From Promethearchaeota archaeon (GTDB taxonomy: Archaea; Asgardarchaeota; Lokiarchaeia; Sigyniarchaeales; SOKP01), in contig JBHLLT010000014.1 of the NCBI GenBank assembly GCA_048938855.1, forward strand, positions 18,230-82,229: a stretch of 64,000 nt of DNA, in the 5' to 3' direction. The notes below the pieces were generated by a model, which was not told the origin of the DNA, ran no database searches, and saw only the letters and a list, made by a program, of their open reading frames with translations. A program made the translations under genes and the position numbers. Shown here piece by piece: positions 49,845-58,755 of this stretch (positions are counted from its first letter, which is position 1; each line of letters opens with the position of its first letter).

Positions 49845-50669
49845 TTATTTCCACTCATATCCACATAATCCACAGTATTTTTTCTTCCCATAAATTCTTG
49901 GATATGCCATTATTATTATACTCTTATCGACTACTTCATGAATCGATGATTCATCTCCACAACTAGGGCATTTTCTACGCCCTACTGAGTCTTGGAGAAC
50001 AACAGTAGGTTCATTATAAGAATTCGCCTGAATTTCATTATCAATATTATCTAAAACCGATTCTTCTCTTTCTGCAGGAAATTTATTTTTAATCGGAGTT
50101 TCTACCTTTTTTTTCAAGTAATCTTCATTAATAATTATGATGTATCCTTTAACTATTGAAGAGAATTCATTCTCTTCTGGCAGTCTATTAAATTTTTCTA
50201 TAAAATTCTCAATAAATGATTGAACATCATCTTCTTTGACAATATAGCCTTCTAATTCAATTAGATGCTTAATTTCTTTAATAATCTCCAATTTTGAATA
50301 TTTTTTCTTTTCAATTTTCTCAATATAAGACGATTTAATCAAATTTTTTTCAAGACTGTTCCAAATTTGTCTAACTTGGGCATCTGATAAGTTTCCCTTT
50401 ATTTGAACATACACTCTCTTGTCAGATTCTTGTAAAATCGTAATTCTATTATCTTTTTGTTGTTCTTTATCTATATTGCTGTCAATATAATTTATTCTAA
50501 GCAATGATCTTCCAAGTCTTTTTGTCTTAATTGAAAGGGATAAATCTTTTTCTAATACATTTTCCATAATTTTTTGAATCTCATCATAACTTTTATTTTG
50601 TATATCAAATGATTGGCTTCTTTCTAACATTTTAAAGTTCTTAACCCTATTTATGATGCATTTATTCAA
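49845..50669 (-). CDS. Hypothetical protein with C-terminal Zn ribbon
   Basis: C-terminal RRKCPSCG...DK.....YP.IYGKK.YCGLCGYEW. Confidence 0.7.
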   Translation of the reverse strand: MNKCIINRVKNFKMLERSQSFDIQNKSYDEIQKIMENVLEKDLSLSIKTKRLGRSLLRINYIDSNIDKEQQKDNRITILQESDKRVYVQIKGNLSDAQVRQIWNSLEKNLIKSSYIEKIEKKKYSKLEIIKEIKHLIELEGYIVKEDDVQSFIENFIEKFNRLPEENEFSSIVKGYIIIINEDYLKKKVETPIKNKFPAEREESVLDNIDNEIQANSYNEPTVVLQDSVGRRKCPSCGDESSIHEVVDKSIIIMAYPRIYGKKKYCGLCGYEWK

Positions 50670-50808
50670 TCAATTAGGATAGATCTATTCTAGATATTTT
50701 ACTTTAAAATGTTAATCTTTTGAAATAAATCAAAATCTTACTGATTGAGTCAAAACTATCAATATCCTAAATTTAATTCATTATTTTAAGAAAATTTATA
50801 TTTATAAA

Positions 50809-51552
50809 TTGATTAAATTTGACCATAGAACAACTGATTTTTTTGTTATGGAAAAAGATTATCTAAAAACACGGTTTAATAAGAAAAAATCGAAGGAAAA
50901 ACAATCAACTTCAAAAAAGAAGATTTTAATTGCAGTTATATTAATAATTTTTGCGTTTTCAGGATCTTTCTTAATATATTTTATCCTTCAAATCACTCTA
51001 GATACTAACACTCCCATGGTAGTAGTAATTTCAGGTTCAATGGAACCAACCATTTTAAAAGGTGATTTATTGTTTGTGCAAGGAAAAGATCCTGCCCAAA
51101 TAAAGAATGGTACAATTGAAGGGAAAGAAGGAGATGTAATTGTTTTTAATGCTTGGAACTTGCCTGGTTGGATTCATCCCCCACGTGATCCAGTCGTTCA
51201 TCGTGTGGTAGATAAATGGTATGATGGTGGTTGGTATTTCCTTACAAAAGGAGATGCTAATCCAACAGTTGATGATGGACCTGTCCCAGAAAATAGAGTT
51301 CTAGGTGTAGTTGTAGGAAGGATCCCATATATCGGTTGGGTAAAAATCATCCTCACAGATTCAGGGTTATTGATTCCCATTTTAGTGATTGTATCTACAT
51401 TACTGATTATAAGTATCCTCTGGGATATTTTTAAAAAAGATGAAGATAGCAAGGATAAAAAGAAGGGAGACAAAAAGCTTATCTATAATCAAAAGTCTAA
51501 TGAATCCAAATCGGTGAGAGAAATTGAAATTGATTATTCCAAAAACGAATAA
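50809..51552 (+). CDS. sec11: Signal peptidase I, archaeal/ER type (Sec11)
   Basis: VVISGSMEP, GD, VVHRV, TKGDAN..D and IPYIGW motifs. Likely ATG start at 50848. Confidence 0.93.
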   Translation: MIKFDHRTTDFFVMEKDYLKTRFNKKKSKEKQSTSKKKILIAVILIIFAFSGSFLIYFILQITLDTNTPMVVVISGSMEPTILKGDLLFVQGKDPAQIKNGTIEGKEGDVIVFNAWNLPGWIHPPRDPVVHRVVDKWYDGGWYFLTKGDANPTVDDGPVPENRVLGVVVGRIPYIGWVKIILTDSGLLIPILVIVSTLLIISILWDIFKKDEDSKDKKKGDKKLIYNQKSNESKSVREIEIDYSKNE

Positions 51553-51658
51553 TCTAAATAACTAAACGAAATAAAAATCAGCTAATTCTCTAATGTAATA
51601 TTGATTGCTTTTTAAAAAATTGAATCAAAAAATAAAAAAAAAACTTGATTTTTTAATT

Positions 51659-51883
51659 TTATAATCCTGACAACTTTACTCCCAAGAAGAACAGAAACCA
51701 TGTGAGAAAGAAAAGAATTAATGCTATAATATACCATCCATTATAGGGGCCTATAGCAAATGATACTGAAGCTAATAAGGAAGGCCAAAGCCCTAAACCT
51801 ATGTCCATTAAAATAAATACACCAAATGCCATAAATAGAAATGTCAGGAATACGGTGAATTTACTTGGTGGAGTCCAACCCAT
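51659..51883 (-). CDS. Small 2-TM membrane protein
   Basis: 74 aa; N-terminal WTPPS and two TM helices; AGGTG SD site. Confidence 0.7.
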   Translation of the reverse strand: MGWTPPSKFTVFLTFLFMAFGVFILMDIGLGLWPSLLASVSFAIGPYNGWYIIALILFFLTWFLFFLGVKLSGL

Positions 51884-52060
51884 CTATCACACCTTATGTT
51901 AATTTTTTTCTTATTTTATTATTTAAATTTTGTATTTTATAATTCGACTTAATTTCTTATAAAGGTTTTATTTATTATCTGTAAATTTACCCACTTAGAA
52001 TGCAAGCATAATTATAATATCTTATAAATTATCCTTGAACTATAGTTCCAATCTCCTCTT

Positions 52061-52106
52061 ATGATACAAACTCTTGTTTGAAAGTGAAGGATCGTTATTA
52101 ATCTGA
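52061..52106 (+). ncRNA. Candidate box C/D sRNA
   Basis: ATGATAC (C-like), ~10 nt, TTGA (D'), GTGAAG (C'-like), ~12 nt, CTGA (D); TATA-like TTATAAA near 52022. Confidence 0.4.
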
Positions 52107-52263
52107 CAATAAAATTTAAAACATTTCTAAAATTTCAAAAAAATGTTATTACGTGATTTATTATCAAAAATACAACAAAACAACAAAACGTAATACCTAA
52201 ACGCAAATTAACAAATAAGTAAAGAAATACAATAAAAAATTATAAACTTAAGAGGAAATTAAA

Positions 52264-52548
52264 ATGGCAAAAGAAAAAGAAACAAATTCCGTGTTCGTCG
52301 GGCGAAGGCCAACCATGAATTATGTAATGGCTACTATGATGATCCTTAATAAAGGAGAAGAATGTACTGTTAAAGCTAGAGGAAGAGCTATTTCTCATGC
52401 TGTTGATGTTTGTGAAATTTTGAGAAATAGATTCTTAAAAGGTACAGTATATAAGGACATCAAACTTTCCACGGAACAGCTTGAAGGAGAAAACGGACAA
52501 AACAATAATGTCTCAAGCATTGAAATTGTACTTGCTCCTCCGAAATAA
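52264..52548 (+). CDS. albA: DNA/RNA-binding protein Alba
   Basis: VFVG.RP.MNYV, KARGRAIS.AVDV.E and VSSIEIVL motifs. Confidence 0.95.
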   Translation: MAKEKETNSVFVGRRPTMNYVMATMMILNKGEECTVKARGRAISHAVDVCEILRNRFLKGTVYKDIKLSTEQLEGENGQNNNVSSIEIVLAPPK

Positions 52549-52549
52549 A

Positions 52550-52612
52550 CAGTGAGATAACCTATTATTCGCTGAAACAAATAACACAATCTTTATTTTT
52601 TTTATTATTCTT
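52550..52612 (+). terminator. 3' hairpin plus oligo-T after alba
   Basis: CAGTGAGATAA/TTATTCGCTG imperfect stem (52550-52574), then a T-rich tract. Confidence 0.5.
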
Positions 52613-52966
52613 TTTGTCTAAAGATTATACTGAACATTACAATTGTAAGTTATGTTTTAAAAAAACATTAAAATTACTAAATTTTATTCAGAATTGTTAT
52701 TTATGAAAGAAGAAACGAATGGATTATATTAATCTGTTATTAATTTCAAAGATATTCTCTTATTAATAAATCTCTTAGCAATTCACGAAATCGATATCTA
52801 GCCTAGATCTGATTAAGATATATTGACTTTCACAAATTTTTGTCTAAATCACAAACATTTAATAATACAGATGGAAAATTAATAATTAACAAAAAATAAT
52901 TTGTTTTAATTATAAATCCGATTTTAAATAAATTTCAATAAAAAATTCTAAAAGAGGAAGATAAAA

Positions 52967-53161
52967 ATGGCGAAAAAGGCTGTAGAACCTTTATATGTAA
53001 AATCTAAGGTAAGAGAATATATTAAGGGAAAAGGGTGTAATACAAGTAGTGGTGTTCTTGATGGGGACACATTAAACAATCTCATAATGGAAATGCTTGA
53101 TGATTCTGTAAGAAGAGCAAAAGCTAATAATAGAAAAACAGTAAAGGCAAGAGACTTATAG
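52967..53161 (+). CDS. Short-alpha3 (face-to-face / Bd0055-like) histone-fold protein
   Basis: LYVKSKVREYIK, NTS and RAKANNRKTVKARDL; ends right after the RKTV..D motif. Confidence 0.85.
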   Translation: MAKKAVEPLYVKSKVREYIKGKGCNTSSGVLDGDTLNNLIMEMLDDSVRRAKANNRKTVKARDL

Positions 53162-53199
53162 ATTCGCTTGCCTTAAAACCCATTTTTTTTTTTTATTTT
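53144..53199 (+). terminator. Stem-loop spanning the histone stop codon plus oligo-T
   Basis: AAGGCAAG (53144-53151) pairs with CTTGCCTT (53167-53174); a T12 tract follows. Confidence 0.55.
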
Positions 53200-53536
53200 A
53201 TAAACCAGGAGAAATCTGCCAGGCAATTAAATGAATTTCTCCAAGTGGCCTCAAATCTGCTAAAAGTTTAACTTTTATATATAATTTAGCACCATATCTA
53301 GGAAGCACTTTTTTGTTCTAAATAATTCTGCTGGATGATAATATATCGAAATTAACAGCACTGTAATTAATTCTCGATGTGATTTCATATTCCATCTTAA
53401 TAAAGATTACTTCCCAATAAAGTCGGTTTTTTTGAAAAAGTTATGATCCTCATTGATAGGTTTTACTGGTAAATTTCATAATTTACAGGTGTAAGGAATG
53501 TAATACTTTTTATACAGAAAAAAATAAGCACATTCC

Positions 53537-55642
53537 ATGATCAAAACTGATCATGCTATCTACTATAAATTAGAGGAAAAAAAAATGCATAAAAAAACAA
53601 TAAAAATTAGTTTGATACTTACTGTACTACTTCTATCCACGTTCTTTTCTATTGCAGTAATTTCCTTCGTTCAGGCCAAAAAACCAACATACACTAGTGG
53701 ACCCGTGTATATAGATGAAACAGTTCCAGGCATGACCTGGGCGGATTGGAGTGACGAGTCTTGGTTAAAGGGATCAGGTACTGAAGAAGATCCGTATATG
53801 ATAAAAGATCTAGTCATAGACGCTGGAGGTAACTTTTTCTGTATGCTGATCATGAACTCGGAGGTATACTTTAAAATCATGGATTGCGCTTTTTCTCACA
53901 CTAGTCCCTACGGTTCCCCAGATGGGAGACACGCTGGCTTAATATTAGTCAACACCCAAAACGGTGTAATTTTTAAAAACGAAATCTTTGAGTGCGGATC
54001 CCCAGAGGGTACGGGAAGTGGAATCGCTTTGGTTTCTTCCTTTAACAACAAGATTCAAAAAAATCTATGTTACGACAACGGAGTTGTAGGCATTTATCTC
54101 CAATATTCGAGCAATAACGTGCTACGACAGAATATCTGCGAACGAAACCAATATGGTATAATGGTTTCAGAATGGTCAAACAATAACGAAATTACAAAAA
54201 ACGAATGCTACGAGAATTCAGTATATGGAATTCATGTATGGGGCGAGGCAAACGGAAACACGGTGTCTAAAAATATATGCAGTAATAACGGAGGATCGGG
54301 TATTATTCTTGAAGGAGTTTATGGTAACATGATTGTTGACAACGACTGCAGCGGTAATTCAGCGCCAAATATTTATCTTAGATACTCCGATGATAATGTA
54401 CTAACCGAGAATTTATGCACTGGGAGTTCATGGGGCATCGTCATTAGATGGTCTCACAATAACGATGTAATCAATAACGAATGCGTTGAAAACGGGGAGG
54501 GAATTGTTCTACAAGAGGATTCTAGTGATAACAGAATAGTGAACAATACGTGCGTTAATAATTTGGAGAACGGTATTATATTGATTTTTAGCGCGAATTA
54601 CAACGTGATTGATCACAACGAGTTCTCGGGAAACGGCCTATCAGGCATCTCGGTACAATACTCAGAAGGAAATAGTATAACCGATAATACCTGCAACGAT
54701 AACGGCGAGCAAGGCATCTTCATAAAAGATTACTCGAACTATAATACAATAACGGATAATAACTGCAGCAGAAACATCGATTCAGGAATCGCGGTTCAAG
54801 AATCGAACGGCAATATCCTAATGGATAATTTCTGTAGCGAAAACGTATGGACGGGTATTGGACTCGTGAGCGGAGCGGAACACAACATACTCTACAAAAA
54901 CGAACTTGTCTATAATTGGGGCGGTATCTACTTCTCCCATGTAGGGAATAACGACGCGTTCAGGAACGAGATCAAATACAACACTCATGGAATATTCATG
55001 CATCGAGAATGTTATGATAATATGATATATCAGAACAACATTGTGGATAACGAATTGCAATTGTTTGACTTATCTCCAGGGTTTAATAATTGGTACAATA
55101 TCTATATCTTAGAAGGTAACTACTGGTCTGATTACACAGGTATAGATAGTGACGGAGATGGGATCGGTGATACACCATGGCCAGAAGAAGGATACGATGC
55201 CTATCCATTTATGGATGAAAATGGTTGGGAAATTACGACGCCCTTAGAAGACGAATTACTAAATGCGTGGTTCTATCCTGATTTTAATAGATTAGGCGGC
55301 GGTCGAACGGTATACAATAATAAAACGACCTATTTAATGGTTGGAATGGCACACGGATTTTCAGAAATAGTTCAAGATATTTATCGTCCTCCATATACCT
55401 GTCAACTATGGTTTTATGGAACAGAGGTTTACTTCCAAGGGATGTTTTCGTTTTTCGTGGAAGATTCTCCTTACGGAGAGCCAATATGGTACCACCTGTT
55501 CTATTTAGTAATCCCACCTTATACACTTCTTGAATCAGGACTTCTACCAGGTTGGAATGAATTTCAATGGGAATTAACTTTCTACAGTGGCGGGGAGCAG
55601 CAGTCTTCTGGTATCTTTACGTCATACTTTTATTTAATCTAA
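53537..55642 (+). CDS. Secreted NosD/CASH right-handed parallel beta-helix protein
   Basis: Signal peptide (likely ATG 53585), GSGTEEDPY, many GI.L..S..N.I..N.C..N repeats and GNYWSDY.G.D..GDGIGD.P. Confidence 0.9.
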   Translation: MIKTDHAIYYKLEEKKMHKKTIKISLILTVLLLSTFFSIAVISFVQAKKPTYTSGPVYIDETVPGMTWADWSDESWLKGSGTEEDPYMIKDLVIDAGGNFFCMLIMNSEVYFKIMDCAFSHTSPYGSPDGRHAGLILVNTQNGVIFKNEIFECGSPEGTGSGIALVSSFNNKIQKNLCYDNGVVGIYLQYSSNNVLRQNICERNQYGIMVSEWSNNNEITKNECYENSVYGIHVWGEANGNTVSKNICSNNGGSGIILEGVYGNMIVDNDCSGNSAPNIYLRYSDDNVLTENLCTGSSWGIVIRWSHNNDVINNECVENGEGIVLQEDSSDNRIVNNTCVNNLENGIILIFSANYNVIDHNEFSGNGLSGISVQYSEGNSITDNTCNDNGEQGIFIKDYSNYNTITDNNCSRNIDSGIAVQESNGNILMDNFCSENVWTGIGLVSGAEHNILYKNELVYNWGGIYFSHVGNNDAFRNEIKYNTHGIFMHRECYDNMIYQNNIVDNELQLFDLSPGFNNWYNIYILEGNYWSDYTGIDSDGDGIGDTPWPEEGYDAYPFMDENGWEITTPLEDELLNAWFYPDFNRLGGGRTVYNNKTTYLMVGMAHGFSEIVQDIYRPPYTCQLWFYGTEVYFQGMFSFFVEDSPYGEPIWYHLFYLVIPPYTLLESGLLPGWNEFQWELTFYSGGEQQSSGIFTSYFYLI

Positions 55643-55898
55643 AAACGGCTTATATAGCCAATTTTTTTTTTTCATTTTTCCCTCTGATTCAATCTGATTT
55701 AGTAGAAAAAATGTGTGATATGGGTATCGATCTCGTACGGAATACGCGTTTAGAAGCGATTACAGACAAAATTGGACTTGATACGTTTACTACTTCATTG
55801 AGAGATTCTTTGTTACAACATCTAATTATTTTGATAATATTAAATATAAACTATTCTAATAATATATCAACCACAATGAGTCATTAATCCATTGATTT

Positions 55899-56603
55899 TT
55901 GCCTTTTATGAAGACCTCTACCAAGTATTATATGTTATTGATGTTTTTTTCACTTCTTTTATTCTTTAATTCAATTAATGGGAAATGTAACACAACATAT
56001 GCTTTTCCTGCTGATGAGGGTGATAAATTTACATGGAAATGTACTTATTGTAGTCCTAATTGGAGTGTTTTTTTGGGTGTAGGTTCAAAAGTTGAAATAC
56101 ATATAAACCAGATTTATGAAGGTTCATATATGGAGGCTGAACAAGCTCTAATCGTAAATGTGACCTTAAATTATTATTATAAAGCATCTAATTCTTATGC
56201 AACATTCACTTTTCCATATTATCTAGTTTATGACGATATTTTTCACTATATGCGAATTTTGCATTGCTTAATTCTCCTTTCCCCTATTAATCTAACATTG
56301 GTCGCGGATTATATAATTCGTAGTGGAGATAACGCAACAATTCAAGAAAATGTCCTCAACGTTAATTATGGATATTCTCAAACTGGGCAATATACTTATA
56401 ATGCAAATGGTTTTGCAAAGAAATTTGAGTATAAGGAATGTGGAATTACTCAGTATATCTTAAAACTAGGTGGTAATAATATAACAATTCCTTTTGGATA
56501 TTATCACTTTTTATATATTATAATTGTGACAATTTCACTAGCTTATTTTATTAACAAACATCAGAAAAGTTTAAAAAGATATAAGAAGGGTATTACCATT
56601 TAA
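55899..56603 (+). CDS. Exported protein with C-terminal membrane anchor (Loki-CTERM-like)
   Basis: N-terminal signal; C-terminal IPFGY followed by a TM helix and a basic tail. Confidence 0.65.
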   Translation: MPFMKTSTKYYMLLMFFSLLLFFNSINGKCNTTYAFPADEGDKFTWKCTYCSPNWSVFLGVGSKVEIHINQIYEGSYMEAEQALIVNVTLNYYYKASNSYATFTFPYYLVYDDIFHYMRILHCLILLSPINLTLVADYIIRSGDNATIQENVLNVNYGYSQTGQYTYNANGFAKKFEYKECGITQYILKLGGNNITIPFGYYHFLYIIIVTISLAYFINKHQKSLKRYKKGITI

Positions 56604-56652
56604 ATTTTCAAAAAAGTAAAGCTAATTTAAATTCTTTAGCAAAAGAGGTATT

Positions 56653-58749
56653 CTAAATAACAATTGTTGGTTTTTCTAATCTAGCCCGGCTTAATCCTGT
56701 TGAAAGATCTTTATCAACGATAATTTTTGAAGTATCTATATCCTGAGGGATAGCTGTGTGAGTTATCAGGAAAATTTGAGAAAATGATTTTGATTTAATT
56801 AAATATTTTAGAATTCTTTCTCTTCTCGTTTCGTCTAGCGCGGCTAATGGTTCATCCAATAATAAGAAGTTTATTTTTGGATTTTTTTTAGGTGACTCTT
56901 TAGTAGGACGTATAGAGCCCATTAGCTCCGAGATTGCTAATCTTAAAGCAATTCCTAGGGCAGTTCGATCTCCTCCTGAAAGAACCTCAATTGATTCATA
57001 TTCACCATTATAATTGTCTCTAATTCTCAATGATAATCCTGTTTTCTTAGTTCCACTGAGATCAAGTAAGAGATCACTGTATTGACCAGAGGTGAAATCT
57101 TTAATATATTTATCTGTACTTAATGCAATATTTTTAACTAAACGCGTGACGACCATATATTCTGTTACAAATCTACGGACAAACTCTTTTGCTTTAGTTA
57201 TATGTTCAAGATCAATTTCATGCTCATCTATTTTACGTTGTATATCTATCATTTTTTGAATTTCATTACGTAAAGCTATTATTCTTTCATTATTTTTTTG
57301 AAATTTCAATTTATTCTGGTCATGTTCATTTTTAGTTGCCTCTAATTCCGCTGAAATTCTTTCTTTTTTAATTATTAACTCTTTTACTCCTTCAACACTT
57401 GAATCTTCAAATTTATCACCATGTTTTAATAGAAAATCTTCCAATGCATTATCAATTTTTTTCAATTCAACTTCATGTTTCTTATAATTCTCGAAATCTT
57501 CTTGAAGTCCTTGGTAAATAGTTATCGTTTCTTTGATTTTATCTAAATCAGTTTGGCTGGTCTTTATTTTCTTATCAAAATCCGATAAGATTTTTGAGAT
57601 TTTCTCAATTTTTTCTTGGTTTACTAAAATTTCATTATTAAATTTTTGAATTACTTCAATATAGTGTTCTTTTGTTAATTCACTTTGACAGGTAGGGCAT
57701 TGGGCTAACTCTTTTCCCCCTCCTTTCTTTACAAATTTCAAACTAGTTTCCATTTCTTTTATTGATTTTTTATTATCTTCGATTCTTCCTCTTGTTTTTC
57801 CTAAACCTTTAAAAGTAGCGTTTTTTTTTGATTCTAAATCCTCTTTATTCTTTTGAAGTTCAATTTTCTTTGAATTTAGAGTTTCAATCTCGGTATTAAT
57901 GGATTTTTCCGAGCTAAAGTTTTCTAAATTTAAATTAGTTTTCTTAATTTTAGTTTTAAAATCATTATAATAAGATTGAAATTTATCTTTCAAAACTAAA
58001 TTCTGATTGTATAACTTTTCCAACTCAGAGATTAATTCTTTAGAAGGTAGACTCTTTTTTTCCTTAGACAGAGTGGCAATAAGTTTTTCTTTTTCCATTG
58101 AATCTTTTTTAAATTGATTATTTTCTTTTTCAATGTCTTCTATATCTTTCTTAATTCTTTCAATAGGTACTCTCGACTTTTCAAGCTTTTCTTTTTCAAA
58201 TTTTTGTCCTTTAAATTTACGATCTAAAAAAGAAAGAGCATTGTCTATTATATTTAATCTAAATAAATCAACAATCATCTCTCGTAGTTCTGCTCCTTTT
58301 CTGTTTGCTATATCTTCCACTTCACCCTGTCTTACAAAAACAGTGCTCATAGCCTGTTCAGAAGATATCTCAAAGAATTTTTCAACATTAAAATTCTTTA
58401 TTTCATTGTAAATATTCCTATTTTTATTCCACTCAAAAAATTTAGCGGTGATACTACCTGTTCTTCCCCATTTTCGATAAATATAGTATTTTTTTTTATC
58501 TAATGTAAAATAAACGTAAATCTCTGCTTTATCTTGTACACCATATGTGATAAATGAAGCTGCATTCCGTCCTTTGAATATTTTAGGGCCAAAAAAGGCA
58601 AAAAGAATCCCTTCAAGAATAGTAGATTTTCCATAAGAATTTTTGCCACTAATCAATATTAAACCTTCAGGAAATTCATCATTTTTTTTAGGTATGTCTA
58701 AATTTTTATAGCCCATGAAGTTTTTAAATGTAATTTTTGTGATATGCAT
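56653..58749 (-). CDS. rad50: DNA double-strand break repair ATPase Rad50
   Basis: Walker A GKNSYGKST, Q-loop RQGE, zinc hook CPTC, LSGGD signature and LDEP. Confidence 0.93.
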   Translation of the reverse strand: MHITKITFKNFMGYKNLDIPKKNDEFPEGLILISGKNSYGKSTILEGILFAFFGPKIFKGRNAASFITYGVQDKAEIYVYFTLDKKKYYIYRKWGRTGSITAKFFEWNKNRNIYNEIKNFNVEKFFEISSEQAMSTVFVRQGEVEDIANRKGAELREMIVDLFRLNIIDNALSFLDRKFKGQKFEKEKLEKSRVPIERIKKDIEDIEKENNQFKKDSMEKEKLIATLSKEKKSLPSKELISELEKLYNQNLVLKDKFQSYYNDFKTKIKKTNLNLENFSSEKSINTEIETLNSKKIELQKNKEDLESKKNATFKGLGKTRGRIEDNKKSIKEMETSLKFVKKGGGKELAQCPTCQSELTKEHYIEVIQKFNNEILVNQEKIEKISKILSDFDKKIKTSQTDLDKIKETITIYQGLQEDFENYKKHEVELKKIDNALEDFLLKHGDKFEDSSVEGVKELIIKKERISAELEATKNEHDQNKLKFQKNNERIIALRNEIQKMIDIQRKIDEHEIDLEHITKAKEFVRRFVTEYMVVTRLVKNIALSTDKYIKDFTSGQYSDLLLDLSGTKKTGLSLRIRDNYNGEYESIEVLSGGDRTALGIALRLAISELMGSIRPTKESPKKNPKINFLLLDEPLAALDETRRERILKYLIKSKSFSQIFLITHTAIPQDIDTSKIIVDKDLSTGLSRARLEKPTIVI

Positions 58750-58755
58750 AATAGC

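Noticed and set aside
53205-53250. SECIS element
   Set aside because: I found no nearby gene with an in-frame TGA at a Cys-equivalent position, and the SECIS core geometry is not evident.
55567-55887. 106-aa ORF overlapping the end of the beta-helix gene
   Set aside because: Starts inside the upstream gene and runs through a T-tract terminator; the region is better explained as non-coding.
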